A stretch of 64,000 nt of DNA from Candidatus Omnitrophota bacterium (GTDB lineage Bacteria > Omnitrophota > Gorgyraeia > Gygaellales > Profunditerraquicolaceae). The position numbers were made by a program, and so were the translations under genes. Shown here one piece after another: positions 47,981 through 56,967 of this stretch. Where the stretch lies: contig QZKH01000006.1 of assembly GCA_003598025.1 (NCBI GenBank), positions 172,035-236,034 on the forward strand. Direction: 5' to 3'. The notes under the pieces are model-generated. The model ran no database searches. It saw nothing but the letters and a program-made list of their open reading frames with translations, and was not told where the DNA came from. Every line of letters starts with the position of its first letter. The first letter of the stretch is position 1.

Positions 47981-49042
47981 TTGGGCAACATAAAAGAATA
48001 TAAAACTGAAGACAAAAATAGAATCTTTGAACTTTTAAGCAGGACGTATAATCCACAGCTGGTAAAGATTTATGAGTCTATCTGGGAATGGTTATTTACT
48101 AATAATCCATTTTTGCCCGGAGATTCAGGTTGCGTATCAATTATGGAAGAAGGTAATGATTTAGCAGGGGTAGTCTGCAGTATTTTTGCGGATGTAAAAT
48201 TAAATAATTGTATCCGTAAATGCCGCTGGGCAAGTTTCTTTATTATCGATCAGCGGTACCGAGGGTCTGGAATTGAATTAGCCACGTCTGTTATGAATTC
48301 CAAATACCACCCTATGTTCGGTTTCCCGAATCCCAAAGCATCCGTCTTTGAGAAAAACTTAGGCTTTAGGCATATAGGCAATATTAAAAGTAGAATCCGT
48401 ATATTTAACATTTCGTCTTTTTTTAGAAGAATCCGGATTGATGTGCCTATTCTTAGTAAGACTGCAGATATATCCACAGCCTCCGACAAAGAGCTGGATT
48501 ATGATGATAATGGATTAAATATACGGAGAATATTTGATTTTGATGATACCTTTGATGATTTTTGGGAAATGGCTGCGTCAGGATATGATTATATAGTCGT
48601 CAGGAGCAGGTCATACCTGCATTGGAGATTTGTCGATTCGCCAATCAAGTATATGATTTATAAAGCTATCGGTAAGGATAATAGTCTAAAAGGGTATATC
48701 GTGCTCAGGATTCTTAAAAATAAAATAATGACTAAAGGCTATATCGTGGATATTTTTGCAAGGCAGGATGATTTTAAATCCATTAATTCATTAGTCAAGT
48801 TTTCCGTGTGTTTATTTAAGAAGGAAAAATGCGATCTTGCAGAATGCCTTATTTCTACCTCAAGGAGCGCTTACAATAGAGCATTATATCTTAACGGCTT
48901 TATCATAAACAGGCCTAAAGTAGAATTTTTGTTTTTTTCAGGCTTAGAAAGTGATATGTCACAAATCAGCGTTTTAGGCAAATGGTTCATTACTGCAGCC
49001 GACCCGGATTTAGAGATGACTAATATTTTCCCGGGAAGTTAA
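47981..49042 (+). CDS. GNAT-family acyl-CoA N-acyltransferase (FemAB/BioF2-like), paralog A
   Basis: QRYRGSGIELA acetyl-CoA-binding R-G-x-G motif. TTG start. Paralog of 51013..52053. Confidence 0.5.
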   Translation: MGNIKEYKTEDKNRIFELLSRTYNPQLVKIYESIWEWLFTNNPFLPGDSGCVSIMEEGNDLAGVVCSIFADVKLNNCIRKCRWASFFIIDQRYRGSGIELATSVMNSKYHPMFGFPNPKASVFEKNLGFRHIGNIKSRIRIFNISSFFRRIRIDVPILSKTADISTASDKELDYDDNGLNIRRIFDFDDTFDDFWEMAASGYDYIVVRSRSYLHWRFVDSPIKYMIYKAIGKDNSLKGYIVLRILKNKIMTKGYIVDIFARQDDFKSINSLVKFSVCLFKKEKCDLAECLISTSRSAYNRALYLNGFIINRPKVEFLFFSGLESDMSQISVLGKWFITAADPDLEMTNIFPGS

Positions 49043-49077
49043 TTTAAGCAAATTTGAGCGATTAAGGGGTAAGAGTC

Positions 49078-50100
49078 ATGCTTCCTGAAGTATCCGTAAT
49101 TATACCGACTTATAATAGATGCCTTTCTCTGGAAAAATGCCTGTATTCTTTGCTAAATCAGAGTTTTGATAAGAATGCTTATCAAGTAGTAGTAGTTGAT
49201 GATGGCTCAACCGATAATACGCAAGAGGTGATAAATAAATTCCGTTTTGACAAAAACGAGAACCTTATTTACGTTAGGCAGGAGCATGGAGGCACTTCTT
49301 CTGCCTGTAATTGTGGGATAAAACAAGCGAGCTCAAATCTGCTTGCATTTACAGAAGATGACTGCATATTAAAAGCGGATTGGATTAGCCAGATCGTGGC
49401 ATTTAGTAGATTTTATCCGGATGCAGACGCCTGGGGGTGTATGGTAATTAACAATTTTTTTGATAAAAACCATGGCTATAACCTGCAATTTGAGGATCTG
49501 CAATTGGCCAAAAGGCGGAAATCACGCTCTATGCATAAAATTAATGTTTTTGGTTTTGTTAATGTTTTGGCAGGGAATTGCGCTATCAGAAAGAAAGTTT
49601 TCTCGGATTTGGGCGGTTTTGATACTAATTTTATTTATTGTGAGGACGCAGAGTTTACAATAAGGATGTTAAAATACAAATATAAGGTATTGATCAATAA
49701 TGATATGATTGCCCGGCACTACATTACGGCTAAATTGCCTATAAACGTAAAGAAAAATTTTAATTTCGGAGTAGGTAACAATCTTGCACTGAGAAAGCAT
49801 TTTGATAAAAAAGTCATTCTTCCTTTCTATGATCCAGAAAATAATAAGTTCTTACTCAGGTTTCCGGTTATGCTCTTTTTGCATTTTGGCCGCAAAGAAG
49901 TAATTCTGGCAGTCTTTATATTTTCTGCTGTATTATTTCCGCATGTTTGCGTTTTCTTGGTTGTCGGAGGGTTTTTATACTATTCTTTAGTTTTTAGAAA
50001 TATTAAAGCAGCAGCCTTCCATATGTTTTTCAATGCGGCTGTTTATCTTTCGGAGAGCATCGGATTTTTAACAGGCTATTTGCGGGTGTTTAAGCGATGA
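49078..50100 (+). CDS. GT2-family glycosyltransferase with C-terminal TM region
   Basis: VSVIIPTYNR...VVVVDDGSTDNT...FTEDDC motifs. Confidence 0.8.
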   Translation: MLPEVSVIIPTYNRCLSLEKCLYSLLNQSFDKNAYQVVVVDDGSTDNTQEVINKFRFDKNENLIYVRQEHGGTSSACNCGIKQASSNLLAFTEDDCILKADWISQIVAFSRFYPDADAWGCMVINNFFDKNHGYNLQFEDLQLAKRRKSRSMHKINVFGFVNVLAGNCAIRKKVFSDLGGFDTNFIYCEDAEFTIRMLKYKYKVLINNDMIARHYITAKLPINVKKNFNFGVGNNLALRKHFDKKVILPFYDPENNKFLLRFPVMLFLHFGRKEVILAVFIFSAVLFPHVCVFLVVGGFLYYSLVFRNIKAAAFHMFFNAAVYLSESIGFLTGYLRVFKR

Positions 50101-50110
50101 GGGGGTTTCT

Positions 50111-51016
50111 ATGGCAGATTTAGGGGTTATAATACCTACCAGGAATAGGATAGGCCCTCTTTTTAAATGCCTGGAGTCATTAGTCAAGCAGGATTGTAGC
50201 AAGGATAAATTTGAAATATTCGTAGTTGAAGACGGCTGTAGTAGCAATATCAAGGGACTGGTTAACGATATCGCTGTTTGCGGAAATAACATAAGATATC
50301 TTAGCAACAATAAAAAAAGCGGTGCATCAGCTACTAGAAATTTAGGGTTAAAAATTTGTCACTCAGAAATCATTGCTTTTGTAGACGATGATTGCCGTTT
50401 GCCTGCGAATTGGGTAAGAAATATCTTATATTATCATAGCAAATATCCTGATGCCAAAGTTATCCAGGGTGAGGTTTTGGCCGACTCTTTAAAAAGTATA
50501 TTTGAAATCTCGGAATATCTGATCTACAGTGTTTTTTTTAAGAAAAGTATATATGAGCATAATGGTATTAAATCAATAGATATCCTTAATGCAGCGAATC
50601 TTTCATTAAAAAGGAGTATCATAGACGATAAAACGCTATTTTTTCGGGAAGATTTTAAATTCTCGGAAGATATTGATCTATCCAATAGGATCCTTTCCAA
50701 AGGAACGATTTTTTTCTACGTTGAGGATATTAAGGCCTATCATTCATACAGCAGCGATATATTTTCTTTTATAAGAAGAGGCATACGCGACGGCAGGGGG
50801 GAATATTTGATTAAGTGCTCTAAAGGTGCGCCTAAACAAGACAAAATTACAGGGATTCGGGGTATTAACTTTTTTAATTTTATGGTTAAGCTATATTTCA
50901 GGGAGTTTAGCATAGGCAAATCAATGGTTTTAACCCAACTGCATATATTAAGATGCTTATTGAGGCGTTTAGGTTTTGTATTTCAATTGGTTGTAATGGC
51001 TATTATTAAAACATGA
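50111..51016 (+). CDS. GT2-family glycosyltransferase
   Basis: LGVIIPTRNR...FVVEDGCS...FVDDDC motifs. Confidence 0.7.
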   Translation: MADLGVIIPTRNRIGPLFKCLESLVKQDCSKDKFEIFVVEDGCSSNIKGLVNDIAVCGNNIRYLSNNKKSGASATRNLGLKICHSEIIAFVDDDCRLPANWVRNILYYHSKYPDAKVIQGEVLADSLKSIFEISEYLIYSVFFKKSIYEHNGIKSIDILNAANLSLKRSIIDDKTLFFREDFKFSEDIDLSNRILSKGTIFFYVEDIKAYHSYSSDIFSFIRRGIRDGRGEYLIKCSKGAPKQDKITGIRGINFFNFMVKLYFREFSIGKSMVLTQLHILRCLLRRLGFVFQLVVMAIIKT

Positions 51017-52053
51017 TAAGAAGATTCAGAAAAGAAGATATTAAAGATTTGGCTGAATTGGCAAGTTCAGTTCTAGGGCCGACTTCAGAAAGACTTTTGC
51101 ACTGGCTGTTTATTGATAACCCTTTTTTACCTAAAGGCAAGACCAACCTTGTATTGGAGGAGGATTCTAAGATAGTCGGTATGGCTTTTAATGTCTATGT
51201 TAAATTGAAATTTTATGATAGGACACTTGATGCCAGATGGGCTTGTTTTTTTGTGACTAGCCCTGATTACAGGGGTTCAGGTATTGAGCTTGCAGAACAG
51301 TATATACAGATACCGTATTATCCTTTTTTGGCTTTTTCCACCAAGAAGCATTTTATGATGGAGTCAAGATTCGGTTTTAAAAAAATCTTTGATATATGCA
51401 GCTATATCAGCATAATCGATTTTAAAAAATTATTTAGATTTAAATTAGGAAAAAATCTTTTTCTTGAGCGCATCGGAGAATTTCTAAACCGATTACTCGG
51501 GTTAGGAAGCAAGATATGCGCTGAAAGAATGCCCAAAGGTTTGAATTTTGAGGAGATTACATATTTTGACGAAAGATTTAATGATTTATGGCGTAGGTGT
51601 TCGCCATATTACCAGATACTGGTTAAAAGGGATAAAGATTACCTGAATTGGAGGTTTACGCGTTCTCCATCGCAGTACAGGATTATTGCCTTAGTTGATG
51701 ATACCAAAGTTTACGGCTATATAGTTATCTCTGTGAACGAGAAGAATGGGCTTAAGAAAGGGGCTATCCTTGATTTGTTAGCAGCAAATGATAATAAAAC
51801 TGCTGTCATTGATGCGCTTTTGTCTGAAGCTTTAAGATATTTCAGGAAGGAAGGATGTTATTCTGCGGATTTTCTCATTCTTACCGCGAAAAAAGAATAC
51901 TTAAAGCCAATGCGCAAGCATGGTTTCTTATTTAAAAGACTGAGGTCTACCTTTGTGGTTTATAAAAAATGCGGGGGGGATATCAAGGGCTTAAGAAACT
52001 GGAAAAACTGGTTTGTCACGCGCTCTGACCCGGATTTAGAATTATGCGATTAA
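51013..52053 (+). CDS. GNAT-family acyltransferase, paralog B
   Basis: SPDYRGSGIELA motif. Conserved C-terminal RSDPDLEL (paralog A ends AADPDLEM). Confidence 0.5.
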   Translation: MIRRFRKEDIKDLAELASSVLGPTSERLLHWLFIDNPFLPKGKTNLVLEEDSKIVGMAFNVYVKLKFYDRTLDARWACFFVTSPDYRGSGIELAEQYIQIPYYPFLAFSTKKHFMMESRFGFKKIFDICSYISIIDFKKLFRFKLGKNLFLERIGEFLNRLLGLGSKICAERMPKGLNFEEITYFDERFNDLWRRCSPYYQILVKRDKDYLNWRFTRSPSQYRIIALVDDTKVYGYIVISVNEKNGLKKGAILDLLAANDNKTAVIDALLSEALRYFRKEGCYSADFLILTAKKEYLKPMRKHGFLFKRLRSTFVVYKKCGGDIKGLRNWKNWFVTRSDPDLELCD

Positions 52054-53120
52054 AATCTTATATTAAGCGTTTATCTTATTGTTCAAGCAGGGTTGTGTTC
52101 TATATTATGATATTTACACGTTTCCCGGCAGTAGCCTTGAATTATTATAGATATATTACCGGTGGCAAGAAAATAAGAGTCAGTCATTCTCCGTTGCTTG
52201 TAAATTTTTATATCACAAATAAGTGTAATTTTAATTGCCGGATGTGCCTTAGGAAAGAACAAGGATATGCCGATAGCGCCGGCATGAGAAAAGATATGGA
52301 TTTAGGCAAATTCAGCGAATTGCTTGCCAAATTCAATAAATGTATCTATGTGCAGTTTGCCGGTTTAGGGGAACCGCTTTTAAATAAAGATATTTTTAAA
52401 ATGATGTCTTTGGCAAGAGAAAGAAGGAAAGGGATAATTTTATATACAAATGCCGCTTTTCTCGATCAGCAGGCAGCGGTCAGGATATGTGATTTAGGGG
52501 TACATAGAGTTAACATTAGCCTGTATGGAGCAAACCCTGAAGAGTTTTTTGCTAACACTGGCAGCGACAGGCAAGATTATTATTCAGTCCTGGATAACAT
52601 CAGCCGTTTGGTAAGAATCAAGAAAAGTAGAAGCCCGAGGCTTATGGTGTCAATATTATATATCTGCTCAAAACGTAACATTGACGATTGCTTAAAGGTA
52701 ATTGATATAGGTAATTTACTCGGGGTCGACGAAATACACTTTAATAATTTCAATCATCAGCCTTTTGATGCGGAAGCCGGAAAGGATTGGTACTTATTTG
52801 AGGATGATATGGAAGTTGTTAAAACGGTGGCGAGAATGAGGAGCTATTACTCATATGCGCAAGTATTTGCTCCGGCTGTTTTAAAGATAAGCGCGCCTAA
52901 GAAAGCCTGTCCTTCTTACTACAAGTATATTAATATAGATTATGAAGGCAATGTTGCCGGATGCTGTAAATTTTCATACCCGGTTAAGGAGAACGGGAAC
53001 ATCTATTCTGATAAGGATATATTCAATACGGACCATTTTTTAAAGATGAGATCCATTTTTACCGGTAAGCACTGTGAATTGCCGCGGAATTGTAAGTTAT
53101 GCCAGGAGATCTACAAGTGA
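52044..53120 (+). CDS. radical SAM/SPASM-like protein
   Basis: FYITNKCNFNCRMC (CX3CX2C). C-terminal GCCKF...CKLCQ cysteines. Overlaps both neighbours. Confidence 0.7.
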   Translation: MRLKSYIKRLSYCSSRVVFYIMIFTRFPAVALNYYRYITGGKKIRVSHSPLLVNFYITNKCNFNCRMCLRKEQGYADSAGMRKDMDLGKFSELLAKFNKCIYVQFAGLGEPLLNKDIFKMMSLARERRKGIILYTNAAFLDQQAAVRICDLGVHRVNISLYGANPEEFFANTGSDRQDYYSVLDNISRLVRIKKSRSPRLMVSILYICSKRNIDDCLKVIDIGNLLGVDEIHFNNFNHQPFDAEAGKDWYLFEDDMEVVKTVARMRSYYSYAQVFAPAVLKISAPKKACPSYYKYINIDYEGNVAGCCKFSYPVKENGNIYSDKDIFNTDHFLKMRSIFTGKHCELPRNCKLCQEIYK

Positions 53121-54175
53121 TAGAGCCTACAGTAGCCCCTGAGCCAGGTAAGAACTTAAGAGTTCTATTTATTGAGCTTTGCCGATTAGGAGACGTAGTT
53201 TGCGCTTTGCCTGCGATAAGGATATTCAGGGGGCATTATGCAGAAGCTGAGATAACCGTGTTAACCGAGCCCGGTTACGAAGGGATAGTTGATGCAGCCG
53301 GATGTGGATGCAAGGCCATATCCTTTGTTGGGGAAAATAAGCTTTTAAGCACCTTAAGGACGCTTTCTTATCTAAGAAAAAACAGTTTTGACTTAGTCGT
53401 CTCACTTAGCCCTGCAAAAAGAAATTCCCTCGTCGCTTTTTTTTCTAAAGCAAAGATAAAATCAGGATATTTTACTTTATTTAGGAAGATATCCGGTTTA
53501 GATGAAAGCATTGTAAAGATCTTTGTAAAGCGCAGCGTAAAAAGGGCGGGGCAATTTAAAAGGAATGAGAATATTATCAAAAGGGCTCTAAAACCGTTAG
53601 TAGCATTGGGCTTAGATGTACGGGTATTGGGAAAAACGTTATTATTACCAAAAAGCGTGGAGACTGATGCGATTGATTTTTTAACCAGGGTAAAAAAGTA
53701 CAGGAAAACTATATCTGTGCAAGTTTGTTCTTCTTCAAGATTCCGGGATTGGCCAGAAGAAAACTTTATAAAATTGTTTAATTTGCTTAAGAACTACGAT
53801 ATATTAGTATTCGGTTCTGAGCAAGAAAGACAGAGAATTGATAGGGTTGTTAATGATTCTGATTGCAACATTATACCTGTTATCGGTTATCCGATTATTC
53901 AGGCCGCTGCCATGATAGCCAGGAGCGACCTGTTTATAGGTCTTGATTCAGGTTTGATGCATATTGCTGATTCTCTATGTGTTCCAATGGTGCTTATCTT
54001 CGGTCCATCTAACCCGGTTGTGACCGGCACCATCAATCGGACAGCTGCAATAATAAGCAAGAACTTTGAATGCAGCCCTTGCAGACAGGATATTTGCGCT
54101 AGGAAAATAAAATGCATGCGTTCTATAAATCCGGAAGAAGTCTTTAAAGAGGTCATTAAGAAAATTAACGTGTAG
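53099..54175 (+). CDS. GT9-family glycosyltransferase (heptosyltransferase-like)
   Basis: GLDSGLMHIADSLCVPMVLIFGPSNP motif. Confidence 0.8.
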   Translation: MPGDLQVIEPTVAPEPGKNLRVLFIELCRLGDVVCALPAIRIFRGHYAEAEITVLTEPGYEGIVDAAGCGCKAISFVGENKLLSTLRTLSYLRKNSFDLVVSLSPAKRNSLVAFFSKAKIKSGYFTLFRKISGLDESIVKIFVKRSVKRAGQFKRNENIIKRALKPLVALGLDVRVLGKTLLLPKSVETDAIDFLTRVKKYRKTISVQVCSSSRFRDWPEENFIKLFNLLKNYDILVFGSEQERQRIDRVVNDSDCNIIPVIGYPIIQAAAMIARSDLFIGLDSGLMHIADSLCVPMVLIFGPSNPVVTGTINRTAAIISKNFECSPCRQDICARKIKCMRSINPEEVFKEVIKKINV

Positions 54176-54186
54176 CAGAGTCCGCC

Positions 54187-54939
54187 ATGAAAAAGATATT
54201 CAAGAATAAGACGGTAATTATAAGCGGAGGCTCAACTGGTATAGGCAGGGCTGTAGCCTTACATTTAGCTCAGGCCGGTGCCAATATATCATTTAGCTAT
54301 TTTAAGAGTAAATATCAGGCAGAGGTATTAAGAAAAGAGCTATGCGCTCTAAAAATTAAAACAAAGGCTTATCATGTAGATATTAAGAGTTTTGAATCAG
54401 TAAGTAAATGGGTGCAAGCTTCTAAGCGTTATTTCGGTGAAATAGACGCAGTGATAAACAATGCAGGCATATTTGAGCCGTATGCCCTTGCTTTCACAAG
54501 TAAATACACGTGGAAAAAGGTTATTGATACTAATTTAGGCGGAGTATTTAACTTGAGCCAGTCGGTGATCACGGATTTTATGAAGAGGAAAAAAGGCGTG
54601 ATTATAAATATTGTCTCTCTTAATGCTATAATAGGCGGTTCGCCGACTAACTATGTTGCCTCAAAATCCGGGATAATTGGTTTTACTAAATCTTTGGCCA
54701 GGGAGGTGTCTAAGTATAACATAAGGGTCAACGCTATAGCTCCGGGGTATATAGATACAGAGATGATAAAACATTTCAACCAGGACCATAGAAGGGCGCT
54801 TATATCAAGTATCCCGCTTGGGAGATTGGGATATCCTGATGATGTAGCAAAACTGGTTAAATTTTTGGTTAGCAATGAATCTTCTTACATAACCGGGCAG
54901 ACCATTATAATTGACGGCGGATTTTCTATGGTACTTTAA
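54187..54939 (+). CDS. SDR-family 3-oxoacyl-ACP reductase (FabG/ApeQ-like ketoreductase)
   Basis: TGGSTGIGRAVAL cofactor motif. NAG, S...YVASKSGIIG catalytic triad YxxxK. Confidence 0.85.
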   Translation: MKKIFKNKTVIISGGSTGIGRAVALHLAQAGANISFSYFKSKYQAEVLRKELCALKIKTKAYHVDIKSFESVSKWVQASKRYFGEIDAVINNAGIFEPYALAFTSKYTWKKVIDTNLGGVFNLSQSVITDFMKRKKGVIINIVSLNAIIGGSPTNYVASKSGIIGFTKSLAREVSKYNIRVNAIAPGYIDTEMIKHFNQDHRRALISSIPLGRLGYPDDVAKLVKFLVSNESSYITGQTIIIDGGFSMVL

Positions 54940-54943
54940 AACA

Positions 54944-56161
54944 ATGAATAAAAGAATCGTAATATCAGGGATAGGCATTATTTCACCTTTAGGCACGAAC
55001 AAGGATGAATTCTGGAGAGCTCTTAGAAATGGAGTCTCAGGATTTAAAGCAGAAGGCCATGTTTCAGGCAGGTTTGGAGCTAGAAAAGCAGCTTTGATCA
55101 GGAACGAAACGATCAAACCGATGTTTAAGGGGGGGCAACTGGCACCCAATAGATGCTCAAATTTAGCTTATTTAGCCGCGAGGATGGCTTTAGTTGACTC
55201 AGGGTTAACTATAGATGAAAAGAACACAGATCTTTTTGGGGTATGCACAGCATCAACCTTGTCTAATTTGTCTTGTTTAGCTAAGCTGACAAGGCAAGCA
55301 CTTAAAGGCGGGATGCGGGATTTGGACCCGACTTTATTACCGCATTCATTGTTGAATTCAACCTCCAGTTATATCTCGATAAAACTTAATATCCAGGGTT
55401 TTAATACCACTATATCTAATGGCCAGACATCAAGCCTGGATGCGATTGATTATGCAGCTAATTTAATCAAGCTTGACAGGGTTGCTTGTGTTATCGTTAT
55501 AGGAGTCGAAGAAGTAGCCAAAGTGGTCCTGGATGCGTTTTCTAGCGAAGGGATGCTGGCAGGAAATAACGGCCGGCAGATATGTTGCCCGTTTGATAAG
55601 AGGAGAAATGGCCTGGTCCTTGGAGAAGGTGCGATCGGGCTGGTGATTGAAGATATACAACATGCGTTTTCCCGGGAAGCTAAAATCTATGCAGAGATCC
55701 TAGGATATGGAAATTATTTTTCCTGCCTGAAAGGCAGTAGATTCTCAGGGGTACAAAAAAGCATGGCTAAGTCTATAGAAAAGAGCAGATTGGATATAAG
55801 GCAGATAGATTACATAAGCGCAGCTGCAAATTCTGACCAGTTTTTAGATTTATCGGAAACCATAGCTGTAAAAAAACTATTTGGCAGCAATGCAAAAAGA
55901 ATACCTGTAAGCGCGATTAAATCCATGATCGGTGAGACGATAAGTGCGGCAGGACTTTTTCAGGTTGTTTCTGCCATCGGGATGATGCATAACAATTTTG
56001 TCGCACCCACAATAAATTACAGGGTAAGAGACCCTGGTTGTGACTTAGAATATATCCCAAATAAATCTATTGTAAAGAAGATTAATACCGCGTTGATAAA
56101 TAATATTGGTTTTACGGGCAGCAGCTCAACACTTATTATATCCAAGCCTCAGCCGAATTAA
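54944..56161 (+). CDS. beta-ketoacyl synthase family, chain-length-factor-like (KS-beta; active-site Cys replaced by Gln, His dyad absent)
   Basis: Thiolase-fold KS. At the position aligning with FabF ATACTSG the sequence is SNGQTSS. HGTxT is replaced by AAANSD and KSMIGH by KSMIGE. Probable start MNKRIVISGIG at 54944; an upstream ATG at 54911 is also in frame. Confidence 0.7.
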   Translation: MNKRIVISGIGIISPLGTNKDEFWRALRNGVSGFKAEGHVSGRFGARKAALIRNETIKPMFKGGQLAPNRCSNLAYLAARMALVDSGLTIDEKNTDLFGVCTASTLSNLSCLAKLTRQALKGGMRDLDPTLLPHSLLNSTSSYISIKLNIQGFNTTISNGQTSSLDAIDYAANLIKLDRVACVIVIGVEEVAKVVLDAFSSEGMLAGNNGRQICCPFDKRRNGLVLGEGAIGLVIEDIQHAFSREAKIYAEILGYGNYFSCLKGSRFSGVQKSMAKSIEKSRLDIRQIDYISAAANSDQFLDLSETIAVKKLFGSNAKRIPVSAIKSMIGETISAAGLFQVVSAIGMMHNNFVAPTINYRVRDPGCDLEYIPNKSIVKKINTALINNIGFTGSSSTLIISKPQPN

Positions 56162-56171
56162 AGGAGTCAGC

Positions 56172-56414
56172 ATGATTAAAGATCTTAATAAAGAAGTCAT
56201 AAAAATAATATCTAAGGTTATTGCTATAAAGCCTGATAGGATTACCCCTGATTCCGATCTTTTTAGGGATTTGGGCGCCGATTCTCTTAAGGCGATAGAG
56301 ATTGTTGCGGCAATTGAAAAAAAGTATAAACTCAAGCTGGAGATTAAAAGGATTGCCAAGATTAAAACTCCCGGACAAATAATCAATTTGATTGAAGATG
56401 CCTTTAAAAAATGA
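56172..56414 (+). CDS. acyl carrier protein
   Basis: DLGADSLKAIEIV phosphopantetheine-attachment DSL motif. 80 aa. SD AAGGAG 8 nt upstream. Confidence 0.85.
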   Translation: MIKDLNKEVIKIISKVIAIKPDRITPDSDLFRDLGADSLKAIEIVAAIEKKYKLKLEIKRIAKIKTPGQIINLIEDAFKK

Positions 56415-56967
56415 AGCTCCTCGGGATAAAGCCCGAGGTTTCTTAGAGCGGAATACCGAGCGTACACACTCCATCCGCACCTTGAAAGGTACGGTTTTGT
56501 TGCCGCGAACGCATAAAATAAGCAGGTCTTTAAATCCGGAAGACCTGCTTCCCCAAAAGCGCCCGTTTATTTTTGTAGATAAGATCCTGGGATATGAGAG
56601 ATCAAAGAAAATTGTCGCGCTCAAGCATCTCAGGAAAAACAGTTTTTTTCTAAAAGGCCACTTTCCAGGGAATCCAATTATGCCCGGGGCCTTGATTGTT
56701 GAGGCTATGGGCCAGGCAAGCATTATGCTTTTCTACTTAAGCAACCCAAGCTTTTCCCCCCACAGTTGTAATCACTATTTAGTAAAGGTTGAAGCCACGT
56801 TTTTGTTTCCTATTCGGCCTAAGGAAGATATTGTCTTGGAGTCAAAGATAACGCATAGTACAGGCGAGTCCGCTATATTTGATACTTGTGCGCGGGTGGG
56901 TTCAAAGATTGCCTCTACCGCAAAGATATATCTTGTAATCAAGAAAAAAAACCATGGCGCAAAATAG
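56392..56967 (+). CDS. FabZ/FabA-like 3-hydroxyacyl-ACP dehydratase (hotdog fold)
   Basis: LLPQKRPFIFVDKI and HFPGNPIMPGALIVEAMGQA motifs. 5' boundary uncertain (TTG 56392, ATG 56398, or internal TTG near 56492). Confidence 0.7.
   Translation: MKMPLKNEAPRDKARGFLERNTERTHSIRTLKGTVLLPRTHKISRSLNPEDLLPQKRPFIFVDKILGYERSKKIVALKHLRKNSFFLKGHFPGNPIMPGALIVEAMGQASIMLFYLSNPSFSPHSCNHYLVKVEATFLFPIRPKEDIVLESKITHSTGESAIFDTCARVGSKIASTAKIYLVIKKKNHGAK

Noticed and set aside
56106-56171. Longer ACP ORF starting at 56106 (102 aa)
   Set aside because: The ATG at 56172 is preceded by a good SD (AAGGAG) and gives a typical 80-aa ACP. The upstream extension overlaps the CLF gene's 3' end.
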